In this document: piece after piece, positions 33,072 to 41,178 of the stretch
Numbering within the stretch: the stretch's first letter is position 1
Layout of the letters: the number at the start of each line of letters is the position of its first letter
Source of the DNA: an uncultured Candidatus Rokubacteria bacterium
GTDB lineage: Bacteria; Methylomirabilota; Methylomirabilia; Rokubacteriales; CSP1-6
Direction of reading: 5' to 3'
DNA: 64,000 nt
Assembly: GCA_963762145.1 (NCBI GenBank)
Contig: CAVXJS010000019.1
Span: forward strand, 192,001 to 256,000
Notes under the pieces: model-generated
The model's input: the letters and a program-made list of their open reading frames with translations, nothing else
What the model was told of the DNA's origin: nothing
The model's database searches: none
Position numbers and translations under genes: made by a program

Positions 33072-35054
33072 TCACGCGTAGTAGTCGAAGTCGCGCTCGC
33101 GGCGGCGCCAGCGGCCCACGCGATAGATGTGCGCGGGGGCGACGCGCGGGTCGAGCGTGACCGAGTGGGTGGCGCCGCGCACGAGGCGGCGGTCGCCGCC
33201 CAGGAGCTCGTGGATCTCGTAGGTCTCGTCCGCGGCGATCCCGATGTCGGCGAGCGGGATCTGCAGCGTGGCCTCGTGGGTCGCGAACGGGTCCAGGTTG
33301 ACCGCGACCAGGATCACGTTGTCGCGCGCCGGGGTGTGCTTGCCGTAGAAGAGCACGTGCGGGCTGTCCGCCGGGTAGAAGCGGAGGCCGGCCATGGCGT
33401 GGAGCGCCGGGTTCTCCCGCCGGATCGCGTTGAGCCGCGCGATGTAGTCCGAGATGTTGCCGGGCGCGCTCCAGTCGCGCACCCGGATCTCGTACTTCTC
33501 CGAGTCCCGGTATTCCTCGGTGCCGGGCAGCGGCGTGCCCTCGCAGAGCTCGTAGCCGCTGTAGATGCCCCACACCGACGAGAGCGTGGCGGCCAGGGCG
33601 GCGCGCATGCGGAAGGCGGGGGGCCCGCCGCGCTGCAGGACCTCGGGGAGGATGTCGGGCGTGTTGACGAAGAAGTTGCCGCGGAAGTACTCGGCCATCT
33701 CCGAGCGGGTGAGCTCCTCCAGGTACTCGGTGAGCTCCTCCTTGAAGTTGCGCCAGGTGAAGTAGGTGTAGGACTGCGTGAAGCCGGCCTTGGCGAGCGC
33801 GCGCATCACCTTGGGCCGGGTGAAGGCCTCGGAGAGGAAGATCACGTCCGGGTCGCGGTCCTGGACCTCGCGGATCAGCCAGGCCCAGAAGTCGAGGGGC
33901 TTGGTGTGCGGATTGTCCACCCGGAAGGTCCGCACGCCCTGCTCGATCCAGAATCGCACGACGCCCAGCAGGGCGTCCCAGAGCGACTCCCAGGCCGGGC
34001 TCGCGAAGTTGATCGGGTAGATGTCCTGGTACTTCTTGGGCGGGTTCTCGGCGTACTTGATGGAGCCGTCGGGCCGCGAATAGAACCACTCCGGGTGCTC
34101 CCGCACCCACGGGTGATCCGGCGAGCACTGGATCGCGAAGTCGAGGGCGATCTCCATCCCCAGGTCCTGGGCGGCCTTCACGAGACCGCGGAAGTCCTCG
34201 AGCGTCCCCAGCTCGGGGTGCACCGCGGTGTGGCCGCCCTCGGCGCCCCCGATGGCCCACGGGCTGCCCGGGTCGCCGGGGCCCGCGACCAGCGCGTTGT
34301 CCGGACCCTTGCGCGCGGTCCGGCCGATGGGATGGATGGGCGGCAGGTAGACGACGTCGAAGCCCATGCGGCGGATCTCGGGAAGCCGGTCCACGCAGTC
34401 GTCGAAGGTGCCGTGGCGGCCAGGCACGCGGCCCTGCGAGCGCGGGAACAGCTCGTACCACGCGGCGAACGCGGCGGCCGGCCGGTCGACGACCACCTCG
34501 AGCTCCCGATCGTGGCGCGTGAGGTCGGGCCGCGGCTGGACGCGCGCCATCACCTGACGGAGATCGGGGTCGAGGAGGACGTCGAGGCGGTGGTCGCGCG
34601 AGGACGCGGCCTCGAGCCGCTCGATCGCGCGGGTCACCGCGGCGGCGTCCGCGTCCCGCGCGACGTCGCGCGCGAGCCGGAGCATCGCGCCGCCTTCCAG
34701 CAGCTCGCTCGTGAGATCGGTCTGGCCGCCGGCCAGGCGCCGCCGCATCTCCTCGACCCAGGAGCCGAAGGTGTCGGTCCAGGCCTCGACGGTGTAGCGA
34801 TAGCGGGTATTGGCCTCGAGAGGGAACGACCCGGCCCAGCCGTCGTTGTCCACCGGATGGAGCGCCGCGGTTCGCCAGTCGGTCTGCCCGGCGGGCCGGA
34901 AGCGGATGGCCGCGGCGAGGAGATCGTGGCCTTCCTTGAAGATGTCGGCGGTGACGGTCAACGCGTCTCCCGCGACCCGCTTGACCGGATAGCGGCCGGC
35001 GTCCACCGCGGGGCGCACGTGCTCGATCACGATCGGCCGGCGGGTCCGCGTCAT
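33072..35054 (-). CDS. glgE: Alpha-1,4-glucan:maltose-1-phosphate maltosyltransferase
   Basis: WYELFPRS, YLPPIHPIG, GSPWAIG, QCSPDHPW, YAENPPKKYQDIYP, FRVDNPHTKP, NTPDIL, SEKYEI. Confidence 0.95.
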   Translation of the reverse strand: MTRTRRPIVIEHVRPAVDAGRYPVKRVAGDALTVTADIFKEGHDLLAAAIRFRPAGQTDWRTAALHPVDNDGWAGSFPLEANTRYRYTVEAWTDTFGSWVEEMRRRLAGGQTDLTSELLEGGAMLRLARDVARDADAAAVTRAIERLEAASSRDHRLDVLLDPDLRQVMARVQPRPDLTRHDRELEVVVDRPAAAFAAWYELFPRSQGRVPGRHGTFDDCVDRLPEIRRMGFDVVYLPPIHPIGRTARKGPDNALVAGPGDPGSPWAIGGAEGGHTAVHPELGTLEDFRGLVKAAQDLGMEIALDFAIQCSPDHPWVREHPEWFYSRPDGSIKYAENPPKKYQDIYPINFASPAWESLWDALLGVVRFWIEQGVRTFRVDNPHTKPLDFWAWLIREVQDRDPDVIFLSEAFTRPKVMRALAKAGFTQSYTYFTWRNFKEELTEYLEELTRSEMAEYFRGNFFVNTPDILPEVLQRGGPPAFRMRAALAATLSSVWGIYSGYELCEGTPLPGTEEYRDSEKYEIRVRDWSAPGNISDYIARLNAIRRENPALHAMAGLRFYPADSPHVLFYGKHTPARDNVILVAVNLDPFATHEATLQIPLADIGIAADETYEIHELLGGDRRLVRGATHSVTLDPRVAPAHIYRVGRWRRRERDFDYYA

Positions 35055-36286
35055 CGCCACCGGTCCACCAGGTAGGTCTTGTCCTCCTCGAACATGCCGC
35101 CCAGACGCGTCGCGCTCTGGACCATGGCGGCGGGTGGCCGCGTGCTGGTCTCGAGGATCACCGAGGCGGCGCGGCCCAGGTAGAGCGGGGCGAGCGACTG
35201 GGCGGCGTGGCTGCGGTAGACGACTCGCGCGCGGTAGGCGAGCAGGAAGTCGTAGACCACGCGCGTCCATAGCCGGTCGGAGAAGCGGAAGCGCTCGAGC
35301 GGCCGATCGCTCAGCTCCAGCACCTCGCCCAGATTCTCGGGAGCCAGGATGCGCTCCCACACCGGAAGGAGGTCGCGCACGCCCTGGACGAAGCCGACCT
35401 GCATGCGCTCGGGGTCCACGATCGGCCCGCCCGGCAGCGGCTCGGGCGGCACGCCGAAGGTCGCCACCGGCTCCGAGCCGCGGATGTCGAGCCAGTACTG
35501 CTCCGACTGCTCGGCCAGGGCGAAGAGCGCGCCGGCCACCCGGCCCACCGTGCGACCCAGCGGCGCGGGGGGCTGGCTGGCCGTCACCGTCCGCGGACCC
35601 AGCACGGCCTGCCCGACCGTGAAGCCCCGCTCGATCGCGGTGGCGGGCAGCCAGAACTCGAGGCCGTGACGGCCGAGGTCGGTCTCCCAGATCGGCTGCG
35701 CGAGGAAGGCGTCGGCGGCCGCAGCCGAGCAGGCGAACTCCTCGGCCAGCGGATGGGCGAGCTGCCGCCCGAACAGGCTGCGCATCAGCGGCACCACGAG
35801 GGCCTGGGTGAGCGTGCCGTCATACCGGTAGCGATGATAGATGGGCAGGACGAGCCCGACGTCGTCCTTGAGCACCGGGGTGGCCAGGGCGCGGACCCAG
35901 TCCGGGGTGGTGCTGCCCAGATCCGCATTGAGCGTCACGAGCGCCCGCGCCTCGAGCCTCCGGCCGACGGTGAGGATCGTTCGGACGGCCTGGGCCCAGT
36001 CGAGCGCGCCGTCCGCGGCGTGGCCGCCCCCGGCGGCCCGGATCACGCGCACCGGCCCCAGGGCCGCCGCGAGCGCAGGCGGCGTCTCCACGGAGCCCGT
36101 CTGGTCCACGTGCACGACCACCGCGCCTTGGCCGGCGAAGTGCGCATCGAGGCTCGCCCGCACCGCGCCGGCCACCGCGGCGACGGTGGCGCTCGGCCCG
36201 GCGGTGGCGAGGCCCACCACGAGGTCGGCGGTGCCGATCCGCTCGACGGTGGTCCGGACCTCGGGCGCGAGCTCGAGCGTTTCCAT
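35051..36286 (-). CDS. GT-A glycosyltransferase-like protein (glucosylglycerate/mannosylglycerate synthase-like), motifs degenerate
   Basis: ADLVVGL, NADLGSTTPDWV, PIYHRYRYDGTLT, W..VVYDFL, LAPLYLGR. Confidence 0.7.
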   Translation of the reverse strand: METLELAPEVRTTVERIGTADLVVGLATAGPSATVAAVAGAVRASLDAHFAGQGAVVVHVDQTGSVETPPALAAALGPVRVIRAAGGGHAADGALDWAQAVRTILTVGRRLEARALVTLNADLGSTTPDWVRALATPVLKDDVGLVLPIYHRYRYDGTLTQALVVPLMRSLFGRQLAHPLAEEFACSAAAADAFLAQPIWETDLGRHGLEFWLPATAIERGFTVGQAVLGPRTVTASQPPAPLGRTVGRVAGALFALAEQSEQYWLDIRGSEPVATFGVPPEPLPGGPIVDPERMQVGFVQGVRDLLPVWERILAPENLGEVLELSDRPLERFRFSDRLWTRVVYDFLLAYRARVVYRSHAAQSLAPLYLGRAASVILETSTRPPAAMVQSATRLGGMFEEDKTYLVDRWR

Positions 36287-37488
36287 CACCGGGTGAGATG
36301 GGCGAGCAGCGCGAGATAGTCGCTGAGCTGGCGGGTCACGAGGAAGTTGCGGCGCACGTGCTCGCGCCCGGCCGCGCCCATGCGGCCGATGAGCTCCGGA
36401 TTGCTCAGAAGCTGCCGGATGCGGAACGCGGCTCCTTCCACGGTCTCCACGGTATACCCGGTGACGTTCACGACCATCTGAAATGGAATGCCCCCCGCGA
36501 TGGTGCCGATCACCGGCTTGCCCTTCCACATCGCGGTGGCCACGTCGATGGTGAAATCGGCCTTGAGCGGCTTCTGAAACGCGATCGTCGCGGCGCGCTC
36601 GAGCGCGTTCAGCTCCGTCTGGGGATCCGGGGGGAGCACGATCACCGCGATGTCGGGATCCTGTCCCGCCGCCTCCTGCACGTCGGCGAGGACATCATCG
36701 CCGGGCGCGGGGGGCGGACCGGCCAGGACGAGCCGGACGTCGTGGTGCTTCTTCACCAGCCGGAAGGCATTGATCACGCCGAGCGGGTCGTGCTGGCGCT
36801 CGAAGGGCCCCACCTGGAGCAGGATCGGCTTGTCCCGCGGGACGTGGAGGCGGTCCAGCTGGGCGGCCTGCTCGGCGCGGGTCATCTCCCGGTTGCGCTC
36901 GGAGAGCGGATCGATCGACGGGTACACGACGAACCGCGGGATCGAGAGTGGGGTCGCGAAGCGGGCGAGGGAGAAGACGGCCGCGTCGTAGCGCTGGGCG
37001 ATCGGGCGGAGCGCGCTCCAGACCTGCGGCTGGGCCGAGGAGAGGTCCTGGTGGCACCGCCACACCCAGCGGCCCGCGCCGCCGCGCTGCTCGACCAGGC
37101 CGAGCGGGGCGGCGTCGTGCACCATCACGAGGTCGGCGTCGAGCCGGAGCCGGCGCGCGTTCTCGGCCGCGGTCTCGCTGAGGCGGGCCAGCATGCCCTC
37201 GGTGATCACCTGCTCGGTGCCCGCGAGGGCCCGGCTCACCGCGCGGCCGACCTGGTCGAAGTCGGCGGTGCCGATCGTGATCTCCCAGCTCGTATCCACC
37301 CCCAGGTCGTTCATGATCGGCACGAGCCGGTTCAGCACCTCCACGCCCACGCCCCCGTACCGCGAGGCGCTCACGTGCACGAAGCGCTTCCCGCGCAGGC
37401 GCTCGCCGAGGCGCATCAGGATGTCCACCGCGCCGCGCGGGGCAATCTGGCGGTAGTCGTCGAGCTTGAGCAGCGAGCCCGGGGCCAT
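36286..37488 (-). CDS. TreT-like GT4 glycosyltransferase, motifs degenerate
   Basis: LDDYRQI, MVHDAAP, WVWRCHQDLS, PSIDPLSERN, DPLGVI, AMWKGKPVIG. Confidence 0.8.
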   Translation of the reverse strand: MAPGSLLKLDDYRQIAPRGAVDILMRLGERLRGKRFVHVSASRYGGVGVEVLNRLVPIMNDLGVDTSWEITIGTADFDQVGRAVSRALAGTEQVITEGMLARLSETAAENARRLRLDADLVMVHDAAPLGLVEQRGGAGRWVWRCHQDLSSAQPQVWSALRPIAQRYDAAVFSLARFATPLSIPRFVVYPSIDPLSERNREMTRAEQAAQLDRLHVPRDKPILLQVGPFERQHDPLGVINAFRLVKKHHDVRLVLAGPPPAPGDDVLADVQEAAGQDPDIAVIVLPPDPQTELNALERAATIAFQKPLKADFTIDVATAMWKGKPVIGTIAGGIPFQMVVNVTGYTVETVEGAAFRIRQLLSNPELIGRMGAAGREHVRRNFLVTRQLSDYLALLAHLTR

Positions 37489-38150
37489 CAGGCGCCTCCG
37501 TCCGCGATGGCGTCGGAGAGCACGTTGAGATGACGGTCGCGGATGCGCTCGAGGCTGCCCGCGTAGGGATCGATGTGGGCCAGGCGCTCGGCGACGTCGG
37601 GGAGGCCGAGCCCTCTCGCGACCCATTCCGCGAAGTCGCCGCGCCCGCGTCCGGCGCGGTAGCGCGCCTCGATCGTGTGGAAGAAGACCGCGCTCACGTC
37701 GACCTCGACCAGCGCGTCGCGCAGCTCGGGCAGGGTACGGGCCTGGTGGCCGGTGGGCACCGGGACGAGGTGCATCTGGAAGAAGCGGAAGCGCTTGCCC
37801 TGGGTGCGCGAGGGCGCGGTCCCGAGGTGCTGGAGGTGATCCGAGATGGTGGCGACCAGCTCCTCGCGCACCCGCTCCATGGAGCCCGCGTGGAAGGCAT
37901 CCACCCCGGCCAGGCGCTCCGCGAGGCGCACGTCGCGCACCTCGGTGCCCACCCACAGCGCGAAGTCGTTGGGATAGGCCTCGGCCAGGACCGCCCGGCG
38001 CAGCAGCGAGGCGGACGTGTGGCAGAAGACGGACTCCACCGGCACGCGCTCGAGCTGCTCGAGCAGCTGACGGGCGTCGTGGGCCTCGTGGGGCAGCAGC
38101 TCGTTCAGCTCGAGGCAGCCGAGGAAGACGAAGGGCTCGGTGGGGCTCAT
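37488..38150 (-). CDS. DUF5752-family protein
   Basis: Duplicated motif SVFCH..YPNDFALWV..LAERL / SAVFFH..GDFAEWV; this family typically precedes TreT-like GTs. Confidence 0.75.
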   Translation of the reverse strand: MSPTEPFVFLGCLELNELLPHEAHDARQLLEQLERVPVESVFCHTSASLLRRAVLAEAYPNDFALWVGTEVRDVRLAERLAGVDAFHAGSMERVREELVATISDHLQHLGTAPSRTQGKRFRFFQMHLVPVPTGHQARTLPELRDALVEVDVSAVFFHTIEARYRAGRGRGDFAEWVARGLGLPDVAERLAHIDPYAGSLERIRDRHLNVLSDAIADGGA

Positions 38151-38179
38151 GCGGTAAGCTCTCCGGGAGGACGACAACC

Positions 38180-39361
38180 GTGAGAATCCTGCTCCTGAGC
38201 CGCGAGTACCCGCCGCACATCTACGGCGGGGCAGGCGTGGTGGTGGATCACCTGAGCCGCGCGCTCGCCCGCCGCGCATCGGTCGAGGTGCGCTGCTTCG
38301 GCGAGAACGACCAGGTGAAGCCCGGCTTGACCGTGCGGGGCTACGCGCCCTGGCCGCGCCTGGCGGGAGGGCCGGAGGTGCCTTACGCCCCCGCGCTCGA
38401 GGCCCTCTCGGTCGGGCTCGCGATGGCGCGGGATCCGGTCGCGGCCGACCTGGTGCACACCCACACCTGGTACGTGGGGCTGGGCGGAATGCTGGTGCAG
38501 TCCATCCACGACGTTCCCCTCGTGGTCACCCTGCACAGCATGGAGCCGCTTCGACCCTGGAAGGCCGATCAGCTCGGCACCGGTTACGCGGTGTCGACCT
38601 GGGCCGAGCGGCTCGCCGTCGAGCGCGCCGACCGCGTGATCGCGGTGTCGGCCCAGATGCGCGGGGACATCCTGACCCACTTCCAGGTCGATCCCGCTCG
38701 GGTGGTGGTGATCCACAACGGGGTGGACGCGGAGGCCTTCGCGCGCACCGACCGGCAGGACGCCCTCGCGCGCCACGGAGTGCGCGCGCCCTACGCGCTC
38801 TTCGTCGGCCGGATCAGCGAGCAGAAGGGGATCTTCCAGCTCCTGGAGGCCGCGCGGACCTTGCCGGCGGGCGTCCAGCTCGTGCTCTGCGCCAGCAGCC
38901 CGGACACGCCGGAGCTGCTCGCCCGGCTCGAGGCCGCGGTGGCGGGGCGCCCGGAGATCCGATGGATCAACGCGATGCTGCCGGTGCCCGAGGTCGCCCA
39001 GCTGTACAGCCACGCCGCGGTGTTCGTGTGCCCGTCCATCTACGAGCCGTTCGGCCTGATCAACCTCGAAGCCATGGCCTGCGGCACGCCGGTGGTGGCG
39101 AGCCGGGTCGGCGGCATCCCCGAGGTGGTGGTGGACGACGAGACCGGCCGGCTGGTGGAGCCCGGCGACGTCGCCGCGCTCGGCCAGGCCCTGCGGGAAA
39201 CGCTCGCCGATCCGGCGCGCGCCCGACGCATGGGCGAGGCCGGCCGCCGCCGCGTGGAGGCCCAGTTCTCCTGGGATCGGATCGCGGAGCGGACCATGAC
39301 GGTCTACCGGGAAGCGATCGATTCCAGGGCGGCTCATCGGGGGCGGGCTCCCGCGAGATAG
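38180..39361 (+). CDS. glgM: Actinobacterial-type GlgA/GlgM (ADP-glucose-dependent maltose-1-phosphate synthase, GT4)
   Basis: REYPPHIYGGAG, HTHTWY, HSMEPLRPWKADQLG.GY, CPSIYEPFGLINLEAMAC. Confidence 0.85.
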   Translation: MRILLLSREYPPHIYGGAGVVVDHLSRALARRASVEVRCFGENDQVKPGLTVRGYAPWPRLAGGPEVPYAPALEALSVGLAMARDPVAADLVHTHTWYVGLGGMLVQSIHDVPLVVTLHSMEPLRPWKADQLGTGYAVSTWAERLAVERADRVIAVSAQMRGDILTHFQVDPARVVVIHNGVDAEAFARTDRQDALARHGVRAPYALFVGRISEQKGIFQLLEAARTLPAGVQLVLCASSPDTPELLARLEAAVAGRPEIRWINAMLPVPEVAQLYSHAAVFVCPSIYEPFGLINLEAMACGTPVVASRVGGIPEVVVDDETGRLVEPGDVAALGQALRETLADPARARRMGEAGRRRVEAQFSWDRIAERTMTVYREAIDSRAAHRGRAPAR

Positions 39362-41178
39362 AACGCCACGCTCCACGGCGGCAGCGCGGACCACGTGGGC
39401 GATGGCAAGGCGAGCGCGTAGAGGCGGCGGCCCCAGTCCGCGCCCGGCCCGTCGTGCGGAACAGGGGCCGCGCCCAGGTTGGCGACGAGCCGCAGCGTGC
39501 CGGTCGGGAACGTCCAGGCGACCTCGAGCGCGGTCTCGCCGAGGGCCTTCCACGAGACGGCCGGGACCGGCTCGTCCGCGAGCAACGACGCGATCTCCCG
39601 GGTCCGCAGCGCGAGCAGCGCCTGGTGGAACGCGAGCCAGTCCTTGTGGACGGCGGCCCGCGCGTGACTCCAGTCGAGGCTCGAGCGCCGGAACGTGGAC
39701 TCGGCCTGGGGATCGGGGATGCGCTCTCGCGTCGCGGGATCGGCGAACTCGGGGAACCGCGCGAACTCACGCCGCCGTCCCTCGGAGACGAGCGGGCCCA
39801 GGTCCGGGCCCAGATCGCTGAAGAACAGGAACGGCTCCGGCGCGGCCCACTCCTCGCCCATGAACAGCAACGGCGGAGCGGGGGAGAGCAGGAGCACCGC
39901 GGTGGCCGCGCGCACCGCATCGGGCGAGGCGAGCGCGGTGATCCGCTCGCCGAGCGCGCGATTGCCGATCTGATCGTGGTTCTGGAGGAAGCCCACGAAG
40001 GCGGTGGGCGGCAGGTCCGCGGAGGGCTCGCCGCGGGCGCCGCCCCGGTACGCGGACCACTCGCCCTGGAACGCGAAGCCCTCGGCCAGGCATCGGCCGA
40101 GATGCGGCAGCGGCGGCTGGTAGTCGCCGTAGTAGCCGCCGCGCTCGCCGGTCAGGAGCACGTGCAGCGCGTGGTGCACGTCGTCGTTCCACTGGGCCTG
40201 GTAGAGCGGGCGCCCGCCGTCCGCCCGCCGGAGGTAGCGCGCCTCGTTGGCGCCGTTCTCCAGCACCAGGTGCACGCGGCGCTCGCGGGCGGGCCCGTCG
40301 GCCACCGCGCGGGCCAGCTCCTCCAGGAGGTGACGGGGCGACTCGTCCACGATCGCGTTGACCGCGTCGAGGCGCAGGCCGTCGAGGTGGTACTCCTCGA
40401 TCCAGTAGAGCGCGTTGTGGATCATGAACGCGCGCACCACCTCCGAGCCGGGCCCGTCGTAGTTGATCCCGTCGCCCCACGGGGTCTGGTGGCGCGGGTT
40501 GAAGAAGTCGGGCGCGTAGCGGTGCAGGTAGTTGCCCTCGGGCCCGAAGTGGTTGTAGACGACGTCGAGGAAGACGGCGAGGCCGCGCGCGTGCGCGGCG
40601 TCCACCAGGGCCTTCAGGTCCTCGGGCCGGCCGTAGGTCGCCTCGGGCGCGTACAGGAGCACGCCGTCGTAGCCCCAGCCCCGGCGGCCCGGGAAGTCGG
40701 CCACCGGCATCAGCTCCAGCGCGGTGACGCCGAGGGCGACCAGGTGATCGAGCCGCTCGGCCACGGCCGCGTGGGTGCCGGCCGCGGTGAAGGTGCCGAC
40801 GTGCAGCTCGTAGAACACGAGCCGCTCCGGAGCGAGCCCGATCCAGGCGGTGTCGGTCCAGGCATGGGCCAGGGGGTCCACGACCTCGCTCGCGCCGTGC
40901 ACGTCGCCGGGCTGGAAGCGCGCGGCCGGATCGGGCACGAGCAGCTCGCCGTCGATGCGGAAGCGGTAGCGCGTGCCCGCGGGCGCTTCCCGCGTCACGT
41001 ACTCGGCCCATCCTCCCGCGTCGCGCGGCATCGCCACCGCGCGCCCCGGCTCCTCGAGCCAGAGCTCGACCTGGCGAGCGCCGGGGGCCCAGAGGCGGAA
41101 CCGCGTGGTGCCGTCCTCGCGGACCTCCGCGCCGAACGGCATCCGATGCGCGCGCCGCGCCGCCGGGCTCGGGCTCAC
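39334..41178 (-). CDS. treZ: Malto-oligosyltrehalose trehalohydrolase
   Basis: FRLWAP, YELHVGTF, WGYDGV, VVYNHFGPEGNYL, GLRLDAV, QNHDQIGNRA, LFMGEEW. Confidence 0.94.
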   Translation of the reverse strand: MSPSPAARRAHRMPFGAEVREDGTTRFRLWAPGARQVELWLEEPGRAVAMPRDAGGWAEYVTREAPAGTRYRFRIDGELLVPDPAARFQPGDVHGASEVVDPLAHAWTDTAWIGLAPERLVFYELHVGTFTAAGTHAAVAERLDHLVALGVTALELMPVADFPGRRGWGYDGVLLYAPEATYGRPEDLKALVDAAHARGLAVFLDVVYNHFGPEGNYLHRYAPDFFNPRHQTPWGDGINYDGPGSEVVRAFMIHNALYWIEEYHLDGLRLDAVNAIVDESPRHLLEELARAVADGPARERRVHLVLENGANEARYLRRADGGRPLYQAQWNDDVHHALHVLLTGERGGYYGDYQPPLPHLGRCLAEGFAFQGEWSAYRGGARGEPSADLPPTAFVGFLQNHDQIGNRALGERITALASPDAVRAATAVLLLSPAPPLLFMGEEWAAPEPFLFFSDLGPDLGPLVSEGRRREFARFPEFADPATRERIPDPQAESTFRRSSLDWSHARAAVHKDWLAFHQALLALRTREIASLLADEPVPAVSWKALGETALEVAWTFPTGTLRLVANLGAAPVPHDGPGADWGRRLYALALPSPTWSALPPWSVAFYLAGARPR

